A stretch of DNA of 64,000 nt from Octopus sinensis (GCF_006345805.1 NC_042998.1:91574001-91638000), one strand, 5' to 3'. Shown: positions 25,612-40,332, counted from the first letter of the stretch. A program made the numbers and translations. The notes: a model not told the origin generated them from the letters alone.

Positions 25612-28600
25612 GTGATATGCCAGTCCATACAGAAATAAAAGAAATAGTGGAAGAAGAACAAAGGACTAAAGAAATACCAAAGATGGTGGTACAGGAAGTC
25701 GCAGAATTAAAAGAAAGATCACCCTCATTAGAAACACCTAAAAGCATTGAAATGGATATCCAAACAGCTTCAGTTCTAGTTGAACCTACAACATATGAAA
25801 CAAAAGTAGTAGAAGAAAAAGATGTTGAAAAAGAAATAGTAAAATCAGATGAAGTTTATGTTTCTCATAGGGAACAAATAACGACGGGACCAACAATCAT
25901 TGAAAGTATTCCTGATAAAAAAATAGACATAAAAATAACAAGTAAAGAAAAGACAGAGGTTGATATTAAACCAGAAACTAAAGAAGAAATGTCGATCCAA
26001 CTTGATATTGGTGCTAAACCTGTTGAGAAGACAGAAGTTGTATCCATTGATATTGGTAAACCAGAAAAAGCAGTCAGTGAAATTCAAATGCAGTTTGCAC
26101 CTCAGCAAATCACTACTGATACAAGAGAAATTATCATTAGCAAAGAAGAAACTGAAGTTATTCCGGAAATGTCTACATTTGATATTGTGCAAGAAAGTAC
26201 AATTCAGATCGAAGCTAAAGAAATGGAAATTAAAGAGAAGAAACCAGAAATTACTGATATTACAGCAATTTCTACTGCTGTAATGAAGGAAAAACAACCA
26301 GAAGAAGAAGTGATACCTGTATCTGAAATTCAACTTACAGATGTATCTGAGACGGTAATACCAGAGAAAGTTGAAACTGCTAAAGTTACCTCAATTATAA
26401 CTACAAGCACTGAGGAACGGAAGACCAAGATTTCTCCAGAGAAAATTAGTGATATTCCTGTGGAAATGGCAATATCAATTGACTCTAAGAAAGTCACATC
26501 TGAAGATCAAGTACCAATGGTTATAAAGACTGAACAGACATATACAACAGGTGAAGAAGAGGTGGAGAAAGAAATTACAGTGCAGACATTGGAGATGCCA
26601 TTACAAGACACAGTAACTGTAAAACCAGTGGAAGAAACTGTATTCAGATTTCTGTGAGTTCTACAAAAGCATCTGCTATTGAAGAAGCTCCCGTTGAAGA
26701 TGTTACTGATAAGGTTGTTGAAATCAGCAAGGAAAGTGAAATCATTCCTGTGAGTAAAGAAGTGAAAGGTATCTCTGAAATGACCATTATAAGTGCTCCA
26801 TCAGTAAGCGTTGTCAGTACAGCTGAAGAAGAACTTTCTGAAGAAGAATTCTTTGATATTCCATCAACTGAAGAAAAGAAAGTGGAACCTAAAGAAGTTT
26901 CTGATGAGGAAAAAGACACATCAGTTAGTGTACGTGATGAGATTCGCACAGAAGAGATATGTTAGTTGATGCTATTGGACATATCACTGATATAGAGAAA
27001 GAACATGTAGAGATACCTAAGTCTGCAGCTGTTGTTAGCACTGATCTTCAAGAGATTACAATTAAAGAGACAATTCCTACTGAAATTGTACATGAAGAAG
27101 TAGTTTCAAAGGAACCTGTTGAAAAGACAGAATTTGTTATTAAACCAGAAACTATAGAGGAAATGTCTATTCAACTTGACATTGGTGCTAAACCTGTTGA
27201 GAAAACAGAAGTTGTATCCATTGATATTGGTAAACCAGAAAAAGCTGTTAGTGAAATTCAAATGCAGTTTGCACCTCAGCAAATCACTACTGATACAAGA
27301 GAAATTATCATTAGCAAAGAAGAAACTGAAGTTATTCCGGAAATGTCTACATTTGATATTGTGCAAGAAAGTACAATTCAGATTGAAGCTAAAGAAATGG
27401 AAATTAAAGAGAAGAAACCACAAATTACTGATATTACAGCAATTTCTACTGCTGTAATGAAGGAAAAACAACCAGAAGAAGAAGTGAAACCTGTTTCTGA
27501 AATTCAACCAATAGATGTATCTGAGACGGTAATACCAGAGAAAGTTGAAACTGCTAAAGTTACCTCAATTATAACTACAAGCACTGAGGAAAGGAAGACC
27601 AAGATTTCTCCAGAGAAAATTAGTGATATTCCTGTGGAAATGGTATTATCAATTGACTCTAAGAAAGTCACATCTGAAGATCAGGTACCAATGGTTATAA
27701 AGACTGAACAGACATATACAACAGGGGAAGAGGAGGTGGAGAAAGAAATTACAGTGCAGACATTGGAGATGCCTTTACAAGACACAGTAACTGTAAAACC
27801 AGTGGAAGAAACTGGTATTCAGATTTCTGTGAGTTCTACAAAAGCATCTGCTATTGAAGAAGCTCCCGTTGAAGATGTTACTGATAAGGTTGTTGAAATC
27901 AGCAAGGAAAGTGAAATCATTCCTGTGAGTAAAGAAGTGAAAGGTATCTCTGAAATGACCATTATAAGTGCTCCATCAGTAAGTGTTGTGAGTACAGCTG
28001 AAGAAGAACTTTCTGAAGAAGAATTCTTTGATATTCCATCAACTGAAGAAAAGAAAGTGGAACCTAAAGAGGTTTCTGATGAGGAAAAAGACACATCAGT
28101 TAGTGTACGTGATGAGATTCGCACATCAGAAGATATGTTAGTTGATGCTATTGAACATATCACTGATATAGAGAAAGAACATGTAGAGATACCTATGTCT
28201 GCAGCTGTTGTTAGCACTGATCTTCAAGAGATTACAATTAAAGAGACAATTCCTACTGAAATTGTACATGAAGAAGTAGTTTCAAAGGAACCTGTTGAAA
28301 AGACAGAATTTGTTATTAAACCAGAAACTATAGAGGAAATGTCTATTCAACTTGACATTGGTGCTAAACCTGTTGAGAAAACAGAAGTTGTATCCATTGA
28401 TATTGGTAAACCAGAAAAAGCTGTTAGTGAAATTCAAATGCAGTTTGCACCTCAGCAAATCACTACTGATACAAGAGAAATTATCATTAGCAAAGAAGAA
28501 ACTGAAGTTATTCCGGAAATGTCTACATTTGATATTGTGCAAGAAAGTACAATTCAGATTGAAGCTAAAGAAATGGAAATTAAAGAGAAGAAACCACAAA

Positions 28601-30022
28601 TTACTGATATTACAGCAATTTCTACTGCTGTAATGAAGGAAAAACAACCAGAAGAAGAAGTGAAACCTGTTTCTGAAATTCAACCAACTGATGTATCTGA
28701 GACGGTAATACCAGAGAAAGTTGAAACTGCTAAAGTTACCTCAATTATAACTACAAGCACTGAGGAAAGGAAGACCAAGATTTCTCCAGAGAAAATTAGT
28801 GATATTCCTATGGAAATGGCAATATCAATTGACTCTAAGAAAGTCACATCTGAAGATCAAGTACCAATGGTTATAAAGACTGAACAGACATATACAACAG
28901 GTGAAGAAGAGGTGGAGAAAGAAATTACAGTGCAGACATTGGAGATGCCTTTACAAGACACAGTAACTGTAAAACCCGTGGAAGAAACTGGTATTCAGAT
29001 TTCTGTGAGTTCTACAAAAGCATCTGCTATTGAAGAAGCTCCTGTTGAAGATGTAACTGATAAGGTTGTTGAAATCAGCAAGGAAAGTGAAATCATTCCT
29101 GTGAGTAAAGAAGTGAAAGGTATCTCTGAAATGACCATTATAAGTGCTCCATCAGTAAGTGTTGTCAGTACAGCTGAAGAACGACTTTCTGATGAAGAAT
29201 TCTTTGATATTCCATCAACTGAAGAAAAGAAAGTGGAACCTAAAGAAGTTTCTGATGAGGAAAAAGACACATCAGTTAGTGTACGTGATGAGATTCGCAC
29301 AGCAGAAGATGTGTTAGTTGATGCTATTGAACATATCACTGATATAGAGAAAGAACATGTAGAGATACCTATGTCTGCAGCCGTTGTTAGCACTGATCTT
29401 CAAGAGATTACAATTAAAGAGACAATTCCTACTGAAATTGTACATGAAGAAGTAGTTTCAAAGGAACCTGTTGAAAAGACAGAATTTGTTATTAAACCAG
29501 AAACTATAGAGGAAATGTCTATTCAACTTGACATTGGTGCTAAACCTGTTGAGAAAACAGAAGTTGTATCCATTGATATTGGTAAACCAGAAAAAGTTGT
29601 CACTGAAATTGAAAAGACAGAGGTTGATATTAAACCAGAAACGATAGAGGAAATGTCTATCCAACTTGATATTAGCGATAAACCTGTTGAGAAAACAGAA
29701 GTTGTATCCATTGATATTGGGAAGCCTGAAAAAGTTGAAAGTGATATTAGCATATCATCCAGTATTGTTCGTCCCATATCTGATGAAGTTGATTCTACTA
29801 CTTCTGAAGTTGTTGACATATCCATTGATGCTAAACCTCATGTTGAGAAAATTGATGAACCTGAATTAAAATTTTCAGAAATTCATGAATTGCCTTTGCA
29901 TGATGAGGGTACTTCCTTAAAATCAGTCCGTCCAGTGATGGAGCATGAAGGTGATACATTTATTGAACCCATACTAAAACTTCCTGGCCCTGAAGATCTG
30001 CGCGCAATCAAAGAAGACATAG
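25612..30022 (+). CDS. Giant repeat exon C, phase 1-1 cassette (about 1471 aa after restoring two -1 deletions)
   Basis: Acceptor ttatattAG|GTGATATG (homologous to that of exon B), donor GACATAG|GTATTT. ORFs 25617, 26654 and 26959 are joined across -1 events near 26640 and 26950. Confidence 0.82.
25947..29473 (+). repeat. Higher-order coding repeat, 3 x 1176 nt (392 aa)
   Basis: Landmark gaaaagacagaatttg at 27121, 28297 and 29473; antisense ORFs also recur at +1176. Confidence 0.95.
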
Positions 30023-30340
30023 GTATTTTGTGGACGATTATCTGGGATTTATTTTATGCTACTGCACTTGCTGCTACTGCTGCTTCTTTTTACACAAGCA
30101 TAAACTTTTGTGTAGCTTATCTATGCCTAGGTGGCATGTCGTCAATCGTCTATGTATATGTCCTTTACTGTATTTATTACCGTATTCGTTTTATGTCTCT
30201 TTCAGCTCCATCTTTGTCAAGAGTTTTGTTCAGTCTTTGTTAATTTCATTAATTAGAAAGCATAGAATTATCATTCATATAGGAAACAAATGCTTTCTTT
30301 GTAATGTTATATAGATGCATGCTGCTTTACTCAGGTATTT
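30023..30340 (+). promoter_or_regulatory. Conserved intronic element downstream of exon C; copy 3 of 3
   Basis: cttgctgctactgctgct, TTTTATGTCTCTTTCAG (ends 30205), TGCATG at 30316; second block TGCATG at 30570. Confidence 0.6.
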
Positions 30341-30938
30341 ATTATAATATTACCTATCACAAAATTTCTAATCACTTTTAATTATAGGAGATTAATATAT
30401 TTGTTTAGAACTTTAAAATCTCAATTTGCTACTTTCATATTAGAATCATTTTACAATATCCATTAATGATCAATTTTTGAATACTTATAATTTTTCTAAT
30501 GTATAGAATTGTATAGATCTGATATATTATATTAGTTCATTTTAGTTTAGAATGCTTCAATTTATGATTTGCATGTCAAATGAAGCTGTCAGACTTGCAT
30601 TTTGTGCACATCTATAAATTCATAATTTTACCATTCTCTTAGACTATGTATATATAGATGCAGTGTTGATTTTCCTAAAGGAGTTCATCAATCATAAATC
30701 CTTTTACCTTACTGGACACAGTCATTGATTCATATCTATGCTGGAGCATCATCTTCAATGACCTTAATTCATGTCGACCATACTACTTTATTAGGTAGTA
30801 CTTTTAGAGAACTGTATTGAAAAGCCAAGTTTTACATGATTTTAACCCTTTTGTAGTCTTATACACAGCAAAGTATTTACACAAGTAAATACTTAAGCAT
30901 ACACATATGCAAGCATGAAATGTATTTATACATATATG

Positions 30939-30979
<41 letters not shown>

Positions 30980-31827
30980 AGAATTCACAAAAAACACAAG
31001 ACAAAGACAGGTGGTGTAGAAACCAAACAGAAGTGAAAAAGTTTTTTATTTTTTGAGCCTACACTCTTCCATAGAAAGGAACACAGAAAGAAACAAGGAG
31101 AAAAATAAAGAATGTGTAGTGGCTAGCAATCTATCATGGTGAATCACACATATATATTTGTGTACGTACATGAATGTATGTATATGTGTGTATGCATGTG
31201 CTCACACACTTTGACTGATATACAAGAAGCTTCTGATATACAATAATATAATTTAACTCACAAAAGTTGGTAATCCCAATATAGAAGACACTTTCAATAT
31301 ATTCAATGTGATATGATTAAATTTAGGACTACATGATTGGACAGTGACTTCTTAATGACTAAGTCATTCTTCAACTCATATTTATAAATAAACAATTGAA
31401 TAAATATCATTGTTATTTTTATGAAATAAATTCATTCTTGAGTCTACAGGTCCATAAGTTTGGAGCTCATCTTTGTTTCTGGAGTATTTATTAAACTGAG
31501 AGTACATAATAATGAAGGGTAAGCCCACTTTATTACCAGTTTAAACTCCACTCTCAAATTGGTGGTACTCATTTTCAGCTGAATAAGCTGAAGCAACATA
31601 ATATACAAGTAGAGTACCTTTCTCAAGGACACAAATACTGCCTAGTCTGAGAATTGATCTGATGACCTTTTGATCATGAGGCCAAAATCCTAATCACTTG
31701 ACCATAGACCTTTTTTTTATTAAATAAATTTAGATAATTGTCAAATGTGTGTATCACAGATAATTTTGCCATGATTTTAAATAATTGTCTTGAACAGAAA
31801 AGTGTTAATAATCTGATAAATGAACTA

Positions 31828-32050
31828 CATCATCATCATCATCGTTTAACATTAGCTTTCCATGCTGGCATGGGTTGAATGGTTTGACTGAGGACTGCAA
31901 GCCAGGAGGCTGCACCAGGCTCCAGTCTGATCTAGTAAGGTTTCTACAGCTGGATGCCCTTCCTAATGCCAACCACTCCGAGGGTGTAGTAGGTGCTTTT
32001 TACATGACACCAGCACAGAGACCAGTCAGATGGCACTGGCATTGACCATG
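31828..32050 (-). mobile_element. Interspersed repeat (probable retroposon 3' end with (GAT)n tail on minus strand)
   Basis: Shares ttccatgytggcatgggttg...ctggatgcccttcctaatgccaaccactccgag with 39325-39720 and, more diverged, 43670-43810. Confidence 0.75.
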
Positions 32051-35000
32051 AGGAATAACTATATGTTTCTAAAATTATACATTATTTTTTAGAATAGAAT
32101 AATTCTTCTCTCTGTCATATGTAGTAGCATGGAATGTACATTGACATTTCTCTTGAACAGTCTTGAAAGTTACTTAGAGAAGTTAAATCATAAACCATTA
32201 TGCATAAATAGTAAAAAATGTAAAAATATACAAAAAGTAACTCCCTATTTTAAAATACTTGCAAATTATTTATTAATTGTAATTCTTTTCTCAAATTTTT
32301 GTGTTTGTTTTTTGAAATATAAATAAAACCTTAAAGTTTTCCTTTCATACTCTTTTACTCTTTTACATATTTCAGTCATTTTGACTGTGGCCATGTTGGA
32401 GCACCGTCTTCATATCTATTTTTTGTAAAAATTACAATTCATAAATAATTTATAAGTATTTTAAAATAGGAAGTTGTTTTTTCCATAGGGAGTTACTTTT
32501 CGATCAACCTGTAGATTATTTGAATATGTGCTTTCATAAAATTTCTGTGCCAAAGTAGTTGATTAGAAAGTGATATATAAATTCTAGATTATTTAATATG
32601 AAATTATGTGATTTTGAAAATTCTCTAATTACTTATCCATAGTTTTTGCTCTTTAGAATTCAATTAGCAAATTAAAACAATTAAATTTTACTTTATTGCT
32701 GAATAATATGGTAAAATGTGTATGTAATAATGTCAAAGTCCTTGCTGTAGATATTATCATTGTTGCCATCATTGATATTAACTTTTTCCTTTTATTCAAT
32801 ATTATGATTATTTTCTTTTTAATTTTATTTAATTTCTGGGTTTTTATCTCCATTAAGATAGCCTCAATCATCTTGATAATGTATTATCTCGGCTGTGGAA
32901 TTTAACATTTCAATATCTAATTTCTTTACTTTCTCTCATGATTTTTGCTACAAGTATCTTCAATTTCATTCTATAGTAATGCAGATGTTTCTGTTCCTCA
33001 CATTAGCCGGCACCTTATGGTACCTTATCTATATCCAGCTTATTTGCATTGTACCTTTGAATTTGCTCAATTTATAGTACATGATCATTTCTTTCCAACC
33101 ATTGAAAATCTATATTCAAACCTCTAACAGCCATATTTTAGACACTTTATTCTTTACATAGACAGAGGAACTATTTGCAGCCAACAAAGTTAACAGCTGT
33201 CTAAAAATATTCCACAACTTTGGTGCCTCACCCACTAATAATTTCATTACAATAACATCAAATGTTCTGGCTTTAGAAAGCTAAATGAGCAGTCTACTGA
33301 AATAATGTCATGAGTCTCTTAAGAATCTTAGTTTGCTGTCAATTTGTTAGTTATGTTCTTCTACCAGTTATATGCAGTAAATATGCGGTATTGTTTCAAT
33401 ATATTCCTGACATTTAGAACAAGGTTATTTCTCGGATAATAGTAGGATTTTGTGGTTTCTGTCATTAATTAGTTCTTTGATATTTTATCATATTGACCTT
33501 TAGCAGATTCTTTTAGTATATAAACATTCCCAATGGTATCTTCTATTTATTTAATATCTCAAGAACTATAATAAATAGAAGTTTGCTTTGGACATGAACA
33601 CAAAACTCCTCACTGAAATTTGTACCTTTCTTTATCATGCATACAACATCATTGTACATGGCTTGTATCACTGATATGAATAACTCTTTCATCTACATCT
33701 AAGTTTCCTGATACCCAACAGACTACAGAACATTAGTCTCTGTCAAAAGCCATTTTTTGGTTCAACTAATACCATTTGTTGCTCGCTCCAACACATCTAA
33801 GTACTTGTCTAGCAGTTATGTTGCTAGAAACATATGGTACTATGTAAGAACATGTTTCATCCATAGAATTGGTCAATGAGGCTTGACATGTTGTCTCAAG
33901 AACATCTACCTGTCTCTACATTACAGTTATCTACCATCTCTTCCCTTATATAATAAGCATTATCTAACTTAGTGAAAGTCATTTTTAGTGAAAGCTCCTT
34001 TCACTCCCACAGTGTTCTTCTGATCTTGATTATTTCTTCATTTTTCCCATCTTCAACCTAAAATTGCTGACAGTTAATCCAGGTTGGTGGAACATATTCC
34101 TCACTTGCATGAGATTTGGTGTTCACTACAACTCATAAAGTTGATACCCACTTATTTTGGGCTAAAAACAACTTTCTAAGGAAAAATATTTCATTATATT
34201 TTTGCTGTCATTCACAAATTCTGCCTTTGTTATTTTGTTAGGTGCATTGTGTTATCATCATTATGTTATCATCATGAAACAGTCATTAACATTTAGTCAC
34301 CAATGACTGAAATTTTAATTACATATTTTATCTATTATTCAGCTTTTATTTTTCTTTAATACCATATCATAGGATTACTGTTACATTACATATAAACCTG
34401 TTAAAAGAAATATGGTTTGATATAATATTTGAGAAAAACTTTCCAAACATAAGGAAACAACTTACTGAAGTAATGAATTTTTCAGCTAATCTGTCATTAT
34501 ACTATCAATTACTTTTTGTTATTAATGTTAACAATTGTTTTCTGCTTACAGAATTTTTTCCATGCAAAGATGACAACTATTTCATTAATGAATTTTGCTT
34601 TCTGTGTATTTAGCTTGCTGCTCAATGTTACAGTGCTCTGTTACTTCAAAATGTTGCTATAAAATTATTATGTTACTTGTTGAATATAATTGTGCTTTTA
34701 ATGTTTAATTCATGCGTCTTCTGAATTGTTATTTTGTGTGCCTTATTTTGACAACAAAAACATCACACAAACAAAATGGTTAAATTTTTTAGTCACAGAA
34801 AGTGATATTGTTATAAGTAATTATATGAAATTTTCAGTCATTTGATAGAAAATATTGAGAATAAATATTTAAGTGAATTATTAAGTTTCTTGATGTTGTT
34901 TTGAAATAGAGATCAATTTATCAAATGAGGAAAGACAACTCACAGAAAAAGTTTGTATTTTTATGCGATACTGGCATAAGTGATTGCATTTATTGTTCTG

Positions 35001-35660
35001 TTAAACTTGGACTGCCAATAAGGTCCAACAATTTAACACTCTAATAATATAGGGATTGTGCAATCCTCTACAACTGAAGTATTTTGCTATTTTAGTCACC
35101 TAACTTAGTTGTCTTAGAAATAGAAAAAATATTTTGTTCAACTTAGATATCTGAATGAGAAAGTTGATTTTCACTTTTAATTTAGAGTTAATTAAAATAT
35201 ATGCATTTACTGTGCATATCAGCATTAAAATTTTCTCTAACACAAAAAGGTAAATAAATACACTAAACTATATTTAGATTAACTTAGGCATTGGAAACAT
35301 TTTCTAAATAAATGTTTTCCTTTTATACTCTTCCCCTAAAACAGATAAACAGTTTAGTTTGATTTTTCAAATACATATTTTTCTTTCTTTAAGGTCACAT
35401 TAGTTGCAATATTTCTTTTAAAAATCTTAAAGAGTTACAGTGCTTTATATTTTCAATTTTGATATATTTTATTTCCCAAATATTTGCTAATATTTGTGTA
35501 AATCAAATAACTAAAAAATATTAGATTTCATCATAAAATTGTTTCAATTCACCAAATCAGATTTTATTATTTCACACATATACCACATATCACACACATC
35601 TCACACCCTCTCATGTTTTCTGAAATATATATTTTGATATAAATATTTTCTCTTCTAAAG

Positions 35661-35717
35661 TTGATGAGACCTCACCAGAATATTTCACACCAGAATATTC
35701 CACACCAGAAGAAAGAA
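35661..35717 (+). CDS. Small linker exon (V)DETSPEYFTPEYSTPEER, phase 1-1
   Basis: tcttctaaAG acceptor, GTAAGT donor, 57 nt, in frame with its neighbours. Confidence 0.8.
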
Positions 35718-35968
35718 GTAAGTAGCTTTAATTAATTTTAAATGTGTTGATGTTTCATTAAAATTCAATTCTTATGTAATTTATATTCCAAAATTCAGTG
35801 AATGTATTGAAAATAAAGTTTGGTTATCATAAAAGCAATGCATAAAAGGCCCTATAATTAGTTTTTTTTTCTTGAAGTGTCTTTTTATATTAGAATATAA
35901 TAAATTTAGAACAATTTGCTTTGCTTTAAAAAGTTACAGATTTTAAAACAGTATTTCTTTTGATATAG

Positions 35969-36096
35969 TGATTGTTACTGACTCTACTGAGGTTCAGAAA
36001 CCCAAATTGATAAGTAAACCTCAAAATGAATATACTGTCAGTGTTGGTAGCTCTGCGAAATTTGATTACACCGTGGAAGCAAATCCTGCTCCTTCA
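35969..36096 (+). CDS. Ig I-set domain 1, N-terminal half
   Basis: ...KPKLISKPQNEYTVSVGSSAKFDYTVEANPAPS; acceptor gatatAG, donor GTAAGT; phase 1-0. Confidence 0.9.
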
Positions 36097-38080
36097 GTAA
36101 GTAAAGTTTTACTTCAGTTTGTCTTTATTTTGATAGCTTGTAATCATCAGTATTTTAACATACTGACATCAGTTACAATGATCTGTTGCATAGCATATCA
36201 TGGATCAGTTTATTTTTGTCATCTCTTCTGTAGGTTCAGTCTCTTGTGTTTTGATATCAGCACCACTTGCATAGCCTTCAGCCCCCCATGAAGTGTCATA
36301 CACTCTCTATTAAGAGTACATAACACTTTTCCCTTAACATCCATTATTCACATGTACCATTTGTTCCCCTCCCCAGAGCAATAATTTTTTCCTGCTCACT
36401 TTAGAGTACACTTTTTATGCCCAACTAAAGTCTTAAATTCTCAAATCACTTGTGCTTCACCTTGTTTCTCTCAAGCTTCCTTTGGTCTCCTGCATTCAAT
36501 ACCTCTGTCTTATCACTGGGCAGCATTACAGATTTTACTTGTTTTATGCAGTTTTTTCTGTTTGTACAAGGAAAGCCCTTTGCTGACAACAGAGGATGTA
36601 GTTGCTAGAATTTCTTTTTTCTTGTTTTTATCCCAGCAATTGAACTTTCACTACATCCACTTCAACTACTAATTAGGTCACCTAAGTAATTAAAAGCATT
36701 AACTAAAACTACTGGATCATCAGAACAAGTTCATCAACTCAATTTAATAAGTGCTCCTACTGGTACTACTCTTTGGTTTCTGTTGGACTTCCAGGAATCT
36801 CACTATACTTTTTATATAGCCATTGCTTGCATTATATGCACATTTTTGTATTCCTATTTCTGTCTCCCTACATGTTGAGTTAAGCCATTTCACAAATAGT
36901 ACTAGCATTGAGTATTTGGCTCTGAGTTGCTTGCTCTAAGCATACAATACTGAATTCTAATTTACTAATTTTCTATGTATCAAGTGAGTCCACTTTATAG
37001 ATGGCACTGATATTTCCTGCTGTCTTTTACTAACTAGCAGTTTTATATTTGTCATGTTATTGTATACTTTTGGAATCTAGATAATACTTTCAGATTTGGA
37101 AATTTTCTGCATCTCCTTAACAGGGATTGCTTTAAAAATCAAATCAACAACATACAAATATTCACTAGGCCATCCAGTCCTAAATATATTATAAGCAGCC
37201 AAGAAAATATGAATAGAAAGGGGGTGAGCAAAAATCTTGTTGAATCACTAAAATCAGGACTATTTTCTAACTTTAGCCTTGTTAACACATTATCCTAATA
37301 TATGCCTTAAACAATTTCCACAATAAATTCAGCTTTATCTCATTTTCTAAGCACACTCCAAATTTCAGAATGAGAGACTGTGTCAGATGTGTTCTTATCA
37401 ACAAAAGCAATATACTGTTTTTTGGATCTTGGCTAAAAGTTTATCTCATAGAAATATTTTCACCTGTTATTCTGTATTGTGACACAAATTGAAACTACAT
37501 TTTTTTTCAGGCTAACATTATACCGAATTTGCTTTGTTAAAATTGTTGCAGTTTGAAGTCTTGGGCTGTCATCTGAAATATCTGCAGATAGCCCTCTGAG
37601 TGCAACCTCTTGGCACCTGTAGCACTTGACAATATCTTCCTCTCTACTTAGTTCATCTCCCTTGTTAGATTATAACATTTTTCAATTTTCTCAGTTTTCC
37701 ATGATAGCCCCTCTACTATCATATGATATTGCAAAGTCAATGATCTTACACTCTTCTGTTTGTCCTCCATAGTTACATCATATATCTTTGCTTCTATTGT
37801 ATAGTTATAAAATACCTTCAAAATCTTATTATTATTGTTATTGCCATGATCACAGCCATCATTATTATCATCATTGAGAACAAATGCCTCTGTGCTTGTG
37901 AACTATGGTTCATACAAACCCATTGTTTTACAATTTAAGAATTTCATAACTCTCATCCGTATAGTGCAGAATACTATAACCAACTCCCCCCCCATCATAA
38001 ATGCTCATCTCTCCTTGTCAGATACACCAACCCCCAGCGTTTGTTGAAAATTATTACATAATTTGTTTTGTTAATTATAG

Positions 38081-38279
38081 CTAACATGGTTCCATAATGG
38101 AGTTGAGATTAACACAGAAGAAGAAAATTATCTCATTGAAATGAGAAAAGATGAAAACATCTATAATATATCAATGATCCTTGATGATGTTACCCCAGAA
38201 GATGCTGGAAAATATACTGTAGTTATTAAGAATTTTGTTGGAGAAGATTCTTATTCTGTTATTCTTACAATTGATGATG
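38081..38279 (+). CDS. Ig I-set domain 1, C-terminal half
   Basis: LTWFHNG...DDVTPEDAGKYTVVIKNFVGED; phase 0-1, donor GTATGT. Confidence 0.92.
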
Positions 38280-38957
38280 GTATGTATATATTTCTGTGTC
38301 AAATGTGTTTTCATTTTTTTTCCTCCTTGGAAGATATTATTCCTTAACTGAGATAAATTACTAAAAATAAAATTAAAGGGAAAATAAGAGGAAAATTCCA
38401 TTTCACAAATAAAAAAAAGAAGGCAAGATTATTAGAGTTAAACTTCATTATTTTCATTATATGCTGAATGAAATGTAAAAAGAGAAAATAATAATAAACA
38501 ACTTGGTTGAAACCAATACTTACTGATTTAAAGAATTCTTAATTTATTTTCTGAAAGTTATGGTATGATGTAAAACTCATAACATTTTATGTCAATTTAT
38601 AAAAACTTTGTCAACAAATTTATAGCGATTGTGAGAATCCTTAAATTTTCAGCTTTTGTCCTTTAAAACTTTTGATTTTTATTGGCCATAGCCAATTCTA
38701 GGGATGTATTGTTCATTTCATTGAATCAATACCGATGTATTATGGGTATTAATTTAGTCTATCTACTCCTGGAAGATTAAAAATAGTGTTTATCAGGGTG
38801 AGATATTACTTATAGATGCAGAATTATGAAAGTACACACCTTATTGTTTCTGACATTTTACTTTTCTTATCATTGATGAATATTTTGGTGAAATATGTTT
38901 TTTACATTTGAAAAACAAAACATTTTTATCATTTAATTATTTATATTTTATTTGCAG

Positions 38958-38991
38958 AAGAAATAGAATTTGATGAAGCTTCTGAATTCAT
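38958..38991 (+). CDS. Micro-exon EEIEFDEASEF(I), phase 1-2
   Basis: tttgcAG acceptor, GTAAGT donor, 34 nt, phases match both neighbours. Confidence 0.8.
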
Positions 38992-39324
38992 GTAAGTATT
39001 GTTTCTCTATTTTCATTCCTTTATCAATTTGATAAAAACTATTCTAAAAGTAAGAAGGTGAAAATATCCTTTAAAAACTGTCTTAGACTATACTTTGATA
39101 ATAAGCTTTACTACACATTATTTTTAATCATCTTTATGTATTAAGATCTCATCATCATCACCATTGTCATCATTATCCTCTTCCTTCTCATCATCATCAT
39201 TAATAACAATGACAAGTTCATTTTCTCTCCTTGCATAGAAATGTTAATTTTAACTATTGTGCTTTTCTCTACATATCATAGAAGATGTATAAAACTTAAG
39301 AAATGCAGCAGCTTTCTCATCGAT

Positions 39325-39720
39325 AACGTCCATTTTCCATGTTGGCATGGGTTGGATGGTTTGACTGAGGTCTGAAGAGCTGGCAGCTGCACCAGACTCT
39401 AGTCTGGTCTGGCAGAGTTTCTACAACTGGATGCCCTTCCTAATGCCAACCACTCCGAGAATGTAGTGGGTGCTTTTTACGTGCCACCGGCACCGGAGCC
39501 AGTAAGGTGGGCCTGGCAACGAACACGTTCAGATGGTGGCTTTTTAAGTGCCACCATCACAGGAGCCAATCAGCGGGGTACTGGCATCGGATGGTACCTT
39601 TGACCTGCCATCAGCACAGATGCCAGCTACGATATTAGTTTTACTTGACTCAACAGGTCTTCTCAAGCATATCATATTACCCAACGCATCAGGAGTATTT
39701 TTAACAGGTCTGGATGTGTG
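39325..39720 (-). mobile_element. Longer copy of the interspersed repeat seen at 31828
   Basis: High by-eye similarity to 31828-32050; GC-richer than the flanks. Confidence 0.75.
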
Positions 39721-40295
39721 TGGCTGCAAACTGACTTTAGTTAGCTGTCAAAGACAATTTGTACAACTTTTCAATGAGGGAGGGTGAACTTTTATAGCAC
39801 AATTTAGGAGAAATATTCAACCACATCTTATGCTATCTCACTGCATTTCAAAAACTTCAAAAAAATATTTTTGTCTAAATTGGTTTACAAATAGTAATAA
39901 GAAAATAAATTCATTCTTTTACCTTTGGAAAATATAATTTAATTTTATAAAGTATATAGTTGATAAGTAATAGACCAATAATAAAGAGTAATAATGAAAA
40001 TTCAATAGACAAATTCTATTGATCAAATTAAATTTTTATTGTAATTATTTTATCAGTTATAGCTAATTGTTTTACATATTCTCTAATTTTTTATTTTGTT
40101 ATTTTGAATATGTGTTATTCTTATATTTTGATTATATTTTTTATTTTGCTAGGGAAAAATATCAAGTATCATAGAAATGTATGCTTGATTCATCTTCAGT
40201 ATATAACTGATACTGATATGCTTCTTTATCTGTTTCTTGTTTAATTTTCATTAAAATTTTCTTTTATTGTAAAACCTTATATTTTGTTTTTCTAG

Positions 40296-40332
40296 TGAGG
40301 TGAAAGAAAAGGATTCTGGAATTACAATCGAG
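40296..40332 (+). CDS. Micro-exon (I)EVKEKDSGITIE, phase 2-0
   Basis: ttttgtttttctAG acceptor, GTTTGT donor, 37 nt, frame-compatible. Confidence 0.72.

Noticed and set aside
30023-30243. Hydrophobic read-through tails (exon C 73 aa; A/B GILW...LAATA*; exon D VNLLL...IT* at 55066-55128) as transmembrane or KASH anchors
   Set aside because: They start at GT donors, differences among copies are mostly non-synonymous, the stop is not conserved in C, there is no KASH PPPX end, and T-rich intron DNA translates as hydrophobic. Intron-retention isoforms are not formally excluded.
30977-31140. Repeat with a faint minus-strand hammerhead-like remnant (gaagagtgtaggctcaaaa)
   Set aside because: Core CUGANGA and GAAAC are not intact; at most a decayed repeat.
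35968-36291. ORF-track extensions of Ig exons into hydrophobic tails (also 38141-38347 and 41801-42046)
   Set aside because: Read-through past clear GT donors; the spliced reading gives complete Ig domains.
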